Assembly: GCA_012799185.1 (NCBI GenBank)
Contig: JAAZLS010000078.1
Coordinates: 2,849-66,848, forward strand
Length of the DNA stretch: 64,000 nt
Direction of reading: 5' to 3'
Origin: Bacillota bacterium
Lineage (GTDB): Bacteria > Bacillota > Dethiobacteria > DTU022
The stretch's first letter is position 1. Each line of letters begins with the position of its first letter. The translations under genes and the position numbers were made by a program. Below are positions 12,983 to 22,656 of this stretch, piece by piece. Under the pieces are notes generated by a model. That model saw nothing but the letters and a program-made list of their open reading frames with translations. It was not told the origin of the DNA and made no database searches.

Positions 12983-13786
12983 TTAAGCTCTCTCCCCCCG
13001 CCCGGGGTCCCCGGTACAGTAACGGCGGATTAGTTTTAAAGCTGCCTTCTCAATCCGAGAGACCTGGGCCTGGGATATTCCTACCTGCCGGGCAATCTCT
13101 ACCTGGGTTTGCCCCTTCATAAAACGGGCCTCTAAAATTGATTTTTCCCGGGGGGCCAGCTTGGAAAGGGCCTCCTGCAAGGCCAGGTTGTCTACCCAGT
13201 CTTCGCACCGGCTACTGGAATCACTAATGGTATCCATCACGTAGACCGGGTCGGTACTATCATTATAAATTGGATCATGCAGGGAGACCGGCTCCTGGAC
13301 CGCATTATAGGCAAAGACTACCTCCTCCGGTGAAAGCCCCATCTCCCGGGCCAGCTCGCTAATACTTGGCTCGCGATGGTTTTTCTTGACTAATTTTTCC
13401 CGGGTTTGTTGAATTTTATAGGCCAGGCTCTTTACCGCACGGCTAATGTGGATCCGGTTATTGTCTCGAAGGTAACGCTTTATCTCTCCTATAATCATCG
13501 GAACAGCATAGGTGGAAAAATTAACCCCCTGTTCCAACTGGAAATTATCAATGGCCTTGATTAGACCGATACATCCCACCTGGAAGAGGTCGTCCAGCGG
13601 TTCCCCCCGGTTTTTAAATCGTTGCAGGATACTTAAAACCAGGCGTAGGTTACACTCCACCAACTGCGCCCGGGCCCCTTCATCGCCCTGCTTCACTTTC
13701 AAAAGTAGTCCCCGCATCTCTTCGGGAGACAGGGTAGCTAACTGATAGGTATTGACCCCACTGAGCTGTACCTTATACGAACTCAT
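12983..13786 (-). CDS. sigG: Sporulation sigma factor SigG (forespore-specific sigma-70 family)
   Basis: Near-collinear similarity to B. subtilis SigG across regions 2-4: KVQLSGVNTYQLATL, GDEGARAQLVECNLRLVLSILQRF, DDLFQVGCIGLIKAIDNF, FSTYAVPMIIGEIKRYLRDNN, PIYNDSTDPVYVMDTISD, GQTQVEIARQVGISQAQVSRIEK. Confidence 0.8.
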   Translation of the reverse strand: MSSYKVQLSGVNTYQLATLSPEEMRGLLLKVKQGDEGARAQLVECNLRLVLSILQRFKNRGEPLDDLFQVGCIGLIKAIDNFQLEQGVNFSTYAVPMIIGEIKRYLRDNNRIHISRAVKSLAYKIQQTREKLVKKNHREPSISELAREMGLSPEEVVFAYNAVQEPVSLHDPIYNDSTDPVYVMDTISDSSSRCEDWVDNLALQEALSKLAPREKSILEARFMKGQTQVEIARQVGISQAQVSRIEKAALKLIRRYCTGDPGRGERA

Positions 13787-13802
13787 TCTCTTACCCCCTC
13801 AC

Positions 13803-13836
13803 CCCTATTATTGCCAATATTGGTATTACTTAGACG
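13803..13836 (-). promoter_or_regulatory. Putative forespore (sigma-F/sigma-G type) promoter upstream of sigG
   Basis: On the minus strand: GTCTA (-35-like), 15 nt spacer, then GGCAATAATA, which fits the sigma-F/G -10 pattern GGnnAnAnTA. It lies about 20 nt upstream of a GGGGG RBS and the sigG ATG. Confidence 0.3.
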
Positions 13837-13854
13837 TGGGGAGGTAAGATTTAT

Positions 13855-14745
13855 TTACGAGGAGAACCCTTTTATCACCCGGGGCCAGCCCTGGTAATCC
13901 TGCACGACCGCCACCCGCTGAAATAACCCGGTGGCTTTAAACAGCTCTACCACCTTCTCCCGTTGCCCGGCCCCGATCTCTACCGCCACCAGAGCCGGGG
14001 AGCGGAGGTAAGAGGGAAGGGCAGAAAGCAGTTTGCGGTAGCCCTCCAGCCCATCGGCCCCCCCATCGAGGGCCTGGAGCGGCTCGAATTCTTTAATCGA
14101 TGGGGGGAGGGCAGCCAGTTCATCGTGCGGGATATAGGGGGGGTTGGAAAGGACCAGGTTGAACTTGGGAGGGGGCTCCAGCCCGGCCAGGGCGGAAAAA
14201 TAGCTACCCTGGTGCCATGATATCCGCCTCTGCACCCGGTGGCGGGAGGCATTTACAGCGGCTACTGCCAGCGCCTTCGGGGAGATGTCGACCGCATAAA
14301 ATATTGCTTCCGGCCACCGGGTGGCCAGGGTAACCGCCAAATTACCGCTACCGGTACCGAGATCGAGCACCTGCAAGGCTCCTCCCCGCTTGTACCCACA
14401 CCCCTCGGCCCAATCCAGGGCACTTTCGATTAATAGCTCGGACTCGGGCCGGGGAATCAGTACCGCCGGGTCGACCATAAACTTCAACCCGTAGAAAAAC
14501 CGGCTTCCAGTAATATAGGCCAGCGGTTCGCCCCTCGCTCTCCGGGCTACTGCCTGTTTAATCTCCTTCCTTTTCCCCGGCGGCAGAGCCGTATCGCTTT
14601 CCAAGAACAGTTTTAGCCGGTCCCAGCCCATCACCCGGGCGATCAGGAACTCGGCCTCCCGGCGGGGGCCGCTAATCCCCGCCCCTTTAAATAAAGTAGA
14701 AGCCCTTTCTAGGGCTTCCCGAAATGTTAACCGGTGGTCGGTCAT
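13855..14745 (-). CDS. prmC: Release factor glutamine N5-methyltransferase PrmC (HemK)
   Basis: SAM-MTase motifs VLDLGTGSGNLA and NPPYIP. Immediately downstream of prfA. Confidence 0.9.
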   Translation of the reverse strand: MTDHRLTFREALERASTLFKGAGISGPRREAEFLIARVMGWDRLKLFLESDTALPPGKRKEIKQAVARRARGEPLAYITGSRFFYGLKFMVDPAVLIPRPESELLIESALDWAEGCGYKRGGALQVLDLGTGSGNLAVTLATRWPEAIFYAVDISPKALAVAAVNASRHRVQRRISWHQGSYFSALAGLEPPPKFNLVLSNPPYIPHDELAALPPSIKEFEPLQALDGGADGLEGYRKLLSALPSYLRSPALVAVEIGAGQREKVVELFKATGLFQRVAVVQDYQGWPRVIKGFSS

Positions 14746-14750
14746 GGACT

Positions 14751-15827
14751 CTATCCCTCCACCGCCTGTAGCTGCCGGGCTCTCTCCGCCGCCGCCAGCT
14801 CCCGGACCACCTCATCCAGCTCCCCCTCCAGTACCAGGTCCAGCTTATGCAAGGTTAAACCGATCCGGTGATCGGTAACCCGGTTCTGGGGGAAATTGTA
14901 GGTGCGAATCCGCTCGCTGCGATCACCGCTGCCGACCATCTGCCTCCGCACTTGGGCTGTTTCCGCCTCCTGATCGGAGATATACTTGTCAAGCAACCGG
15001 CTGCGCAACACCCGCAGGGCCTTATCCTTGTTTTTATGTTGGGACTTTTCGTCCTGGCAGCTCACCACTATCCCCGTAGGAAGGTGGGTTACCCGTACCG
15101 CCGACTGGGTAGTATTAACGCTCTGCCCTCCCGGGCCGGTGGAACAGAAGGTATCGATCCTTAAATCCTGCGGATTGAGCTCCACATCAACCTCCTCCGC
15201 CTCCGGAAGTACAGCTACCGTTGCCGCCGATGTATGGATACGACCGCTCGATTCAGTGGTGGGTACTCGCTGAACCCGGTGGACACCGCTTTCATATTTC
15301 AAAAGACCGTAGGCACCCTTCCCCTCTACCCCGACCACTACCTCTTTAAAGCCGCCGATATCGGTGGGATGACCCTCTACCATCTCTGCTTTCCAGCCCT
15401 TACGCTCAGCAAAACGAGCATACATTCTAAGCAGATCCGCAGCAAACAGGGCCGCCTCATCCCCCCCCGTCCCGGCCCGGATTTCAATAAATACACTCCG
15501 GTGATCACTGGGATCTTCGGGGATTAGCATACCGGCTAAGGTTTCTTTTAGCTCCTCCTGCCGGGCGGTTAACCCGGCTAGCTCCTCTTCTAAAAAGGAG
15601 GTCATCTCCTGGTCGTCACTCTCGGCAATCATCTGCCGGCAATCTTCCAGCTCTTGCAAAACCTGCCTATATTTATGATATAGCTCTACCGGCTCCATCA
15701 GGGAGGCCAGCTCCCGGGAGTAGTTCTGCCATATTTCCCGTTGTTCGATAATTTTAGGATCACTTAACAACCGTTCCAACTCTTCATAACGGTTTTTCAG
15801 TATCTCCAATTTTTCCAACATTCCCAA
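14751..15827 (-). CDS. prfA: Peptide chain release factor 1
   Basis: GGQ motif ([27 protein letters not shown]). 358 aa of RF1 family. Confidence 0.95.
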   Translation of the reverse strand: MGMLEKLEILKNRYEELERLLSDPKIIEQREIWQNYSRELASLMEPVELYHKYRQVLQELEDCRQMIAESDDQEMTSFLEEELAGLTARQEELKETLAGMLIPEDPSDHRSVFIEIRAGTGGDEAALFAADLLRMYARFAERKGWKAEMVEGHPTDIGGFKEVVVGVEGKGAYGLLKYESGVHRVQRVPTTESSGRIHTSAATVAVLPEAEEVDVELNPQDLRIDTFCSTGPGGQSVNTTQSAVRVTHLPTGIVVSCQDEKSQHKNKDKALRVLRSRLLDKYISDQEAETAQVRRQMVGSGDRSERIRTYNFPQNRVTDHRIGLTLHKLDLVLEGELDEVVRELAAAERARQLQAVEG

Positions 15828-16727
15828 TCACCCTGTACTTACCGGTTTGTAATGACCGGCTTCTTTAAACGCACCCGGTTCCATTACCGCCTGCAGGGCC
15901 TTAATCGCCACCTCCAGCTGGGCATCATCGGGCTCCCGCGTGGTTAGGGCCTGCAACCAGATTCCCGGTCCCCCCAACAGCCGGGAAATAAACCTTCCCT
16001 TATGCGCGGTTAACCGGGTCACCTCGTAGGAGAGCCCCGCTACCAAGGGAAGCAGGGCCAGCCGAATGATAATCCGCTGAACTGGCGACGGCCAACCAAA
16101 AAAGGAAAACAGCACGATGCTGATAATCATCACCGTGAGAATAAAACTGGTCCCACAACGAGGGTGGCGGGTAGAAAATTCCCGGGCAATAGCCGGTTCC
16201 ATCGCTTGTTGATGCTCAAAACAATGAATTACCTTATGCTCGGCCCCATGATATTGCAAAAAACGCTCAATATCCCCCCAGCGGGAAATCAAGGAGAGAT
16301 AGGCCAGAAAAATGAGCATCCGAACCAAACCCTCGACCAGGTTCAGCCCCAGAGCGGATCGGAGAGGCAGGTAGCGAACCAATAAGGTGGGCAGGATAAA
16401 AAACAGGCCCACCCCCAGCCCCAGCCCCAGGAAGGCCATCAATACCATATGCCAGCTGGCGAGCTCCTCCCCCTCTTCCTCAAGGACCCGGGCCGCCGAG
16501 ATGTTTAGTGCCCGCATGCCGGTCACCAGGGATTCAAGAAATACCACCCCTCCCCTGATCACCGGCCACCGCAATAGCGGGTAGCGATCCCCCAGGGGGA
16601 CTAATTTTTCCCGGTAGATACCGATCCCATGATCCCCGCAACGGTACGCGATAGCCATTAAATCGCGGTGACGCATCATAACCCCTTCTACCACCGCCTG
16701 GCCCCCAACCCATTGTGGTGTAGGCAT
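15828..16727 (-). CDS. DUF1385 family protein (YqhQ-like)
   Basis: VGGQAVVEGVMMR N-terminal motif plus a central hydrophobic segment, typical of DUF1385. Commonly found upstream of prfA. Confidence 0.65.
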   Translation of the reverse strand: MPTPQWVGGQAVVEGVMMRHRDLMAIAYRCGDHGIGIYREKLVPLGDRYPLLRWPVIRGGVVFLESLVTGMRALNISAARVLEEEGEELASWHMVLMAFLGLGLGVGLFFILPTLLVRYLPLRSALGLNLVEGLVRMLIFLAYLSLISRWGDIERFLQYHGAEHKVIHCFEHQQAMEPAIAREFSTRHPRCGTSFILTVMIISIVLFSFFGWPSPVQRIIIRLALLPLVAGLSYEVTRLTAHKGRFISRLLGGPGIWLQALTTREPDDAQLEVAIKALQAVMEPGAFKEAGHYKPVSTG

Positions 16728-16752
16728 AGCCTCGACTCCTTGTAACCGACAT

Positions 16753-16777
16753 TAAAAAGCAGGGTAAAACACCCTGC
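16753..16777 (-). terminator. Intrinsic terminator downstream of rpmE
   Basis: On the minus strand: GCAGGGTgttttACCCTGC followed by TTTTTAATG. Confidence 0.55.
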
Positions 16778-16791
16778 CCTTTACCCGGTAA

Positions 16792-16992
16792 CTATTCTAA
16801 ACCATATTTCCGCTTAAAGCGTTCCACCCGGCCACCGGTATCGACAAACTTCTGTTTACCGGTAAAGAAAGGATGGCAACGGGAGCAGATCTCTACCCGC
16901 AAATTCTCCTTAGTGGAACCGGTTTCAAAGGTTTCGCCACAGGCGCAGGTAACCGTGGTGCGGAAATAAGGAGGATGAATCTTGCTTTTCAT
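16792..16992 (-). CDS. rpmE: 50S ribosomal protein L31 (zinc-binding type A)
   Basis: [47 protein letters not shown], with the CxxC...CxxC zinc ribbon typical of L31. Confidence 0.95.
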   Translation of the reverse strand: MKSKIHPPYFRTTVTCACGETFETGSTKENLRVEICSRCHPFFTGKQKFVDTGGRVERFKRKYGLE

Positions 16993-17065
16993 GGGTCTAA
17001 ACCTCCTTCAACTTACTCTACACAGGAAAAGATTGTACCACATTTCAGGGTAATCCGCAATCTAA

Positions 17066-17926
17066 TTAAAATTCCCGACGGAGGAGGACCGGTAAAGGAT
17101 CGAGCCGTATACCCCGATGCAGGACTTCAAAATGGAGGTGTGCCCCCGTTGTATTCCCGGTAAGCCCCACCTCCCCTAAGAGTTGCCCACCGGCAACCCT
17201 TTCCCCGACGGAAACAGAGACCCGGCCGGCATGGGCATAGCGGGTTTGCCAACGATGCTCATGTTCCAGCTCGATCATTAAACCGTAACTACCCCGGTAG
17301 CCCGAATAGGTAACCGTCCCGGCGGCAGCGGCATAAATCGGGGTCCCCAACGGTACAGCCAGATCAAGCCCGTAATGAAACTCCCCATCCCTCCAACCGA
17401 ACCGGGAACTGATATGGCCACCGGTGACCGGCCAGCCCAGGCACACCGCCGCCGGTCCCTGGACGGTCCCGGTTACCAGGACCCTTTCGCCCCGCTGGAG
17501 CAAAGGGGCAGGGCTATCCCGGTTAACTGCTATAACAGAGCCGGGCTCTACCCCGTAAAGCCGGGCGATACTGGCCACGGTTTCCCCGGGCTCCACCCGG
17601 TGCACCGCCCCGGGGACCGTTACCACCTGGAGGGTCTGACCCGTATATATTAAATGGGGATCAACAATATTGTTTAAATGGGCCAGGGTCTCCGCCCGGG
17701 TCCCAAAACGCCGGGCAATTGCTGTCAAGCTATCCCCTTTTTGTACCTTATAGTTAAAAAAAGTTACTTTCTCCCGTTCTAACCGTTCAGTAAATCTTTG
17801 CAATTGTAATATGTAGAGGGGGACCCCATCGGTCCCATCTTCTTCGGCCCTTACAGGGGGAGAAAACGTTGTCGCCAGGATTAGTATCACCAGTATTCCC
17901 ACCGGTACTTTTAATCTTCCGGACAC
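17066..17926 (-). CDS. LysM domain-containing M23 family peptidase
   Basis: Signal peptide, then two LysM repeats (YKVQKGDSLTAIARRFG..., HRVEPGETVASIARLYG...). C-terminal M23 motifs HYGLDLA and GAHLHFEV. Confidence 0.85.
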   Translation of the reverse strand: MSGRLKVPVGILVILILATTFSPPVRAEEDGTDGVPLYILQLQRFTERLEREKVTFFNYKVQKGDSLTAIARRFGTRAETLAHLNNIVDPHLIYTGQTLQVVTVPGAVHRVEPGETVASIARLYGVEPGSVIAVNRDSPAPLLQRGERVLVTGTVQGPAAVCLGWPVTGGHISSRFGWRDGEFHYGLDLAVPLGTPIYAAAAGTVTYSGYRGSYGLMIELEHEHRWQTRYAHAGRVSVSVGERVAGGQLLGEVGLTGNTTGAHLHFEVLHRGIRLDPLPVLLRREF

Positions 17927-18012
17927 GGCTACCTTCTCCTTCGCCTAGTTTACAGCTATTCTGCGAATAGGGGCGAAATAATATACCTTTAGCCGTTCCC
18001 GATCAGCCGGGG

Positions 18013-19257
18013 TTAAAGGGTGTGCATACTGCTTAAAAACTCTTCGTTGGTTTCAGTTTGCCGTAATTTGTTCAAGATAAGTTCGAGAAATTCCCCGCTG
18101 GAACTATTGCCCATGGCCCTCCGCAGGGCCCACATTAACTCTATCTTATGCTCATCGAGCAGCAACTCTTCCCGGCGGGTACCCGAGCGGGAGATATCGA
18201 TCGCCGGGAATATACGGCGCTCGGCGATCCGGCGGTCCAGGTGAAGCTCCATGTTCCCGGTCCCCTTAAATTCCTCGTAGATAACGTCATCCATCCGGCT
18301 ACCGGTATCAATTAAAGCGGTGGCGATAATAGTCAGGCTTCCCCCCTGATCGATATTCCGGGCCGAGCCGAAGAAACGTTTCGGCTTATAAAAGGCCGCC
18401 GGATCGATCCCGCCGGAAAGGGTGCGCCCGCTGGGGGGTATAACCAGGTTATAGGCCCGGGCCAGGCGGGTAATACTATCCAGAAGGATGGCTACGTCGC
18501 CCCCCATCTCCACCAACCGCTGGGCCCGGTCTAGGACCAGTTCGGCAATATGAATATGGTTTTCCGGCCGTTGATCAAAGGTAGAGCTGACCACGTCAGC
18601 ATTAACGCTACGTTCCATATCGGTAACCTCTTCCGGCCGTTCATCAATCAGTAAAATGATTAACTTAACCTCGGGATGGTTGGTCGATATGCTGTTGGCG
18701 ATCTGTTTTAACAAAACCGTCTTACCGGCTTTCGGCGGGGAAACAATCAGCCCCCGCTGGCCTTTACCGATGGGCATTAGTAAATCAATGATCCGCGTCG
18801 ATAAAACTCCCGGTTCGGTCTCCATTTGAAACGGCTGCCGGGGATGGACAGGGATGAGGGATGTAAAATTACTCCTGGTTGCAAAGGAATCCGGATCTTT
18901 GCCGTTTATCTCCTCTACCTGCAATAAAGCATAATAACGCTCATTATCTTTGGGCGGACGTATAATCCCGCTTACCAGGTCCCCATTTCGCAAATTAAAC
19001 CGACGGATTTGTGAAGCGGAGATATAGATATCATCATCCGAATAATAGTAATGCTGCCGACGAAGGAACCCAAAACCCTCATTCATGGTCTCCAAGAGCC
19101 CGGATGCTGTCGTCTTCCCCTTTTCAGCCGTAAAGAGCTTGGTTAACGTCTCAACCAGAGCCGGCTTGCGCATTGTATAGTAGCCCTTAACGCCATGCTC
19201 CCGTGCCAGTTGTTGCAGATGACTTAAATTCATCTCTTTGATCTGTTCAACTTCCAA
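18013..19257 (-). CDS. rho: Transcription termination factor Rho
   Basis: Rho N-terminal domain (MNLSHLQQLAREHGV), RNA-binding OB domain, Walker A (PPKAGKTVLL). The listed ORF starts at TTG 19290. A GGTGGTG Shine-Dalgarno sits inside it, so TTG at 19260/19257 or ATG at 19233 are more plausible starts. Confidence 0.93.
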   Translation of the reverse strand: MEVEQIKEMNLSHLQQLAREHGVKGYYTMRKPALVETLTKLFTAEKGKTTASGLLETMNEGFGFLRRQHYYYSDDDIYISASQIRRFNLRNGDLVSGIIRPPKDNERYYALLQVEEINGKDPDSFATRSNFTSLIPVHPRQPFQMETEPGVLSTRIIDLLMPIGKGQRGLIVSPPKAGKTVLLKQIANSISTNHPEVKLIILLIDERPEEVTDMERSVNADVVSSTFDQRPENHIHIAELVLDRAQRLVEMGGDVAILLDSITRLARAYNLVIPPSGRTLSGGIDPAAFYKPKRFFGSARNIDQGGSLTIIATALIDTGSRMDDVIYEEFKGTGNMELHLDRRIAERRIFPAIDISRSGTRREELLLDEHKIELMWALRRAMGNSSSGEFLELILNKLRQTETNEEFLSSMHTL

Positions 19258-19573
19258 CAAAAATACACCACCTTTAGTAATTGCCGGCAAGGCCGGCCAT
19301 AACCGGAAAAAATCATATTAAAAGATACCTGCAGGTCAAGGGTTCATTTTGTGGCCTCGTTTTCCAAAATGTTGGATTTTACAGGGGGGTAACGTGGCTG
19401 GGCTAACAGAGCCGTTTAATCGAAACCTGCATGAGCCTGCTGCCCTTTGACAGCATTGATAATTGAAGACCGCTTGGAGAATGGCTAGACTGATTTTTCT
19501 TTCCCTATTCAATTATGTTCGCTTTCTTGCCGGTTTATTCTAGATATTCGGCCGGGATCCGGTTTATAACAAC

Positions 19574-20221
19574 TTATTGTTCTGATAGCTGTCGCCAGTC
19601 GGCCAAGAATTGTTCCAATCCCCGCTCGGTCAGGGGATGTTTAACCATCTGTTTTAAAACCCGGTGGGGCAGGGTGGCGATCGAAGCACCGGCCAACGCC
19701 GCCCGGGTAACATGTTCCTGGTGGCGTATACTGGCGGCAATAATGCGGGTCGGTAACTGGTGCTGCTTAAAGAGGGCCACCAAATCTTCCAGCAAGGCAA
19801 TGCCACTACCACCAATATCATCTAACCGCCCCAGGAAAGGGCTAACATAGGTGGCCCCAGCCCGGGCAGCCAATAGGGCCTGATTAACCGTAAACACCAG
19901 GGTAACATTGGTCTCTATTCCTTCCCCGGCCAGAAGTTTCACCGCCTGCATACCGGCCCAGGTTACCGGAATTTTTACCACCACGTTATCGGCAACCGCC
20001 GCCAATTGCCGGGCCTCCTCCACCATTCCCTGCCAGTCTTCAGAAATTACCTCGGCGCTTACCGGCCCGTCAACCAGGCGGCAGATCTCCGGCAAAATTT
20101 CCAGGAAATCTTTTTTTTCCCGGGCGGCCAGGGTGGGATTAGTGGTTACACCATCGATAACTCCCCACTGGACCGCCTCCCGGATCTCTTCAACATTTGC
20201 CGTGTCCAGAAATAGTTTCAA
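19574..20221 (-). CDS. tal: Transaldolase / fructose-6-phosphate aldolase (short Tal/Fsa type)
   Basis: [31 protein letters not shown] signature. 215 aa. Confidence 0.9.
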   Translation of the reverse strand: MKLFLDTANVEEIREAVQWGVIDGVTTNPTLAAREKKDFLEILPEICRLVDGPVSAEVISEDWQGMVEEARQLAAVADNVVVKIPVTWAGMQAVKLLAGEGIETNVTLVFTVNQALLAARAGATYVSPFLGRLDDIGGSGIALLEDLVALFKQHQLPTRIIAASIRHQEHVTRAALAGASIATLPHRVLKQMVKHPLTERGLEQFLADWRQLSEQ

Positions 20222-20467
20222 TTAAAAAGCCTCCTCATAGCATGGATTAATTGTTTGCGAATTTGTGTTTTGCCGAAACAGGGGAGTCGGCCGTTTAAAG
20301 CAAATAAAAGCCGGTAGAAGAACATATGGGTCGGACCGCTTACTGTGAAAAGTTCGCTACAAATATGATAATCCCTGCTACCGGCAATAAAATACTTGGA
20401 GTCGCTTATTTTTTTTCCCTATATTACCCATAATACCTGGGAGTAGATCTTGACAGGGAGCGGGCTA

Positions 20468-22477
20468 ATGAAAGCAAGAAAGGTTCTCCTTCTATTTAGC
20501 ACTATTCTATTGCTGGCGCTATCCGCAGGTTTTAATTTTTTCGTTTATAATCTAGTCTATTCTAGCCCGATCGAATCGGTCGAAATTCCTTTGACCACCC
20601 GTATTTACGATGACCGGGATCAGCTTTTAGCGGTCCGCTATATTGAAAACCGGTTGGAGATCCCGCTGGAGGAGATCCCCGTGCCGGTGCTCAAGGCCAC
20701 CCTGGCTATCGAAGATCACCGATTTTACCAGCACCGGGGGTTTGATCTTTCCGGCTTCGGAAGGGCCTTGATCAATAACTTGAAGCAGAAACGCTTCTCC
20801 CAGGGGGGTAGCACCATTACCCAACAGCTGGCTAAAAATCTTTACCTCTCCAATGACCGGACCCTAATCCGTAAAATTAAAGAGGCTGCCTATACGATCC
20901 GCCTGGAACACTCCTATGACAAGGATGAAATTTTAGAACGGTACCTTAATACCATTTACTACGGTCACTCGGCCTACGGCATTGAGGCGGCCGCCCGGAC
21001 CTATTTTGCCAAAAGTACCGCTGAACTATCCTTAGCGGAGGCCGCTCTCCTAGCCGGTCTACCAAAGGGCCCCGCGTACTATTCGCCTTTTATCAACCCG
21101 GAGGCGGCCCGGGAGCGTCAGAAAAATGTCCTGCAGGCAATGAACCGGGCGGGTTATATCACCGCCCAGGAGAAGGAGAAGGCCCAGGCAGAAAATATAG
21201 ACTACCGGGAACCGGCACAACAAGGGCAAGCCTCCTACTTCGTAGATTATCTTATAAATATCGAGCTGGCCCGGTATTTTAACAACTCAACCGATGATAT
21301 CTACCGGAGCGGCCTGGAGATCTATACTACCCTGGATGCATCGATGCAACAGGCAGCCGAAGAGGTCGTAGCCCGCATACCTCGGCAGCGGATCGATCCC
21401 CAGGGCTGTTGCCAGCCCCAAGGAGCCCTGGTGGCCCTAGATCCGACCAACGGCTTTATCAAGGCCCTGGTAGGGGGGCGGGATTTTTCAGAAAGCCAGT
21501 TAAACCGGGTCTTTTCCCGCCGTTCGCCCGGTTCAGCATTCAAACCCTTTGTCTATGCCGCCGCCCTGGAAGAAGGTAAAAAGGCCACCACGACCTATCT
21601 CTGCGAGCCGCTCTCCCTGGAGGAGCCCTCCGCAGGCAAACCCTACGAACCGACCGATTACGGGGGGGGGTTCCATAATCGCGAATTGACAATCCGGGAG
21701 GCTATTGCCTCCTCCTGTAACCTGGTAGCCATCAAAACCTTTTTGGATATTGGACCGGAGAAAACGGTAGAGATGGCCTCCCGCCTGGGTATTTTAAGTC
21801 CGCTAAACGGTTACTATTCCCTACCCCTGGGAACAGCAGAGGTTAGTTTGCTTGAGTTAACCGCCGCCTTTGCCCCTTTTGCCAATGGGGGAACACGGGT
21901 GGAACCGGTGGCCATTCGCCGTGTGGTTGATTCCAAGGGAAATATATTACTGGAAAACCGGCCCTGCCGAAAAAAAGTGCTGGATGAAAAGGTGGCCTTT
22001 ATCCTAACCGATATGTTGACCGGCGTGCTGGCGGAGGGGGGAACCGCCGAAAAGGCCGGCCCTATTTTGCACCGGCCGGCGGCGGGAAAATCGGGAACCT
22101 CCCATGCCGGGATAAATGCCCACATGATCGGCTATACCCCCGAGCTATTGGCGGGTCTTTATATCGGTGACGATTTTGAGCAGCCCCTGGGCACCACCGG
22201 GGGAGAGCTGGCAGCCCCCCTCTGGGCCGAGTTCATGGAGAATGCCCTGGCGGGAGAGACCCCCCGGGAATTCCCTCTACCACCGGGGGTAGTCCGGAAA
22301 ACTATCTGTCCCCATAGCGGCTTATTGCAATCCCCCAACTGTAAGGGGCACGGCAAGGAAGAATATTTTATCGCCGGGACCGCTCCTACCGAAGAATGTA
22401 GCTTCCTAACCTGCCCCCACTGCCCTCATGATAGCTGGTGGCCCTGGCTACCCGACCGGTTCCGCCGCCAGCCCTAA
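20468..22477 (+). CDS. Class A penicillin-binding protein (PBP1A-type transglycosylase/transpeptidase) with Cys/His-rich C-terminal tail
   Basis: GT51 motifs (EDHRFYQHRGFD, GGSTITQQLAKN), transpeptidase SxxK (SAFKPF), N-terminal TM. GGGAG RBS 7 nt before ATG 20468. The last 55 aa contain 7 Cys and several His (CPHSG...NCKGHG...EECSFLTCPHCPH). Confidence 0.9.
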   Translation: MKARKVLLLFSTILLLALSAGFNFFVYNLVYSSPIESVEIPLTTRIYDDRDQLLAVRYIENRLEIPLEEIPVPVLKATLAIEDHRFYQHRGFDLSGFGRALINNLKQKRFSQGGSTITQQLAKNLYLSNDRTLIRKIKEAAYTIRLEHSYDKDEILERYLNTIYYGHSAYGIEAAARTYFAKSTAELSLAEAALLAGLPKGPAYYSPFINPEAARERQKNVLQAMNRAGYITAQEKEKAQAENIDYREPAQQGQASYFVDYLINIELARYFNNSTDDIYRSGLEIYTTLDASMQQAAEEVVARIPRQRIDPQGCCQPQGALVALDPTNGFIKALVGGRDFSESQLNRVFSRRSPGSAFKPFVYAAALEEGKKATTTYLCEPLSLEEPSAGKPYEPTDYGGGFHNRELTIREAIASSCNLVAIKTFLDIGPEKTVEMASRLGILSPLNGYYSLPLGTAEVSLLELTAAFAPFANGGTRVEPVAIRRVVDSKGNILLENRPCRKKVLDEKVAFILTDMLTGVLAEGGTAEKAGPILHRPAAGKSGTSHAGINAHMIGYTPELLAGLYIGDDFEQPLGTTGGELAAPLWAEFMENALAGETPREFPLPPGVVRKTICPHSGLLQSPNCKGHGKEEYFIAGTAPTEECSFLTCPHCPHDSWWPWLPDRFRRQP

Positions 22478-22512
22478 ACTGACCCCTTCCTAGTCAACCG
22501 TCCCTTATATGC

Positions 22513-22522
22513 CGTAATTACG
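22513..22522 (+). promoter_or_regulatory. 10-bp perfect palindrome CGTAATTACG, candidate enhancer (UAS) for the sigma-54 promoter
   Basis: Perfect dyad about 65 bp upstream of the -24 element. Enhancer-binding proteins typically bind dyads 70-150 bp upstream. Confidence 0.25.
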
Positions 22523-22586
22523 TCACCCGTCCGCCGGTTTCCAGTCCAGAAGGGCGACCGGAGCCGGTTTACAGCCCCTTTTAACC

Positions 22587-22602
22587 TGGCATGCAACTTG
22601 CA
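22587..22602 (+). promoter_or_regulatory. Sigma-54 (RpoN) -24/-12 promoter
   Basis: TGGCATGcaacTTGCA matches the TGGCAC-N5-TTGCW consensus with correct GG/GC spacing. It is 55 bp upstream of the ATG at 22657 and in the same locus as a sigma-54 activator gene (27081..28544). Confidence 0.7.
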
Positions 22603-22656
22603 GCTTATATAGTTGGAAGGTTCCCAATGACCTAAAAATTGAAAGGAGGCTTTAAA

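Noticed and set aside
19515-19850. 111-aa plus-strand ORF overlapping the transaldolase 3' end and the rho leader
   Set aside because: Cys/Arg-rich product with no homology features, antisense to the transaldolase gene. It is more likely a frame artefact. The region is better explained as the rho leader.
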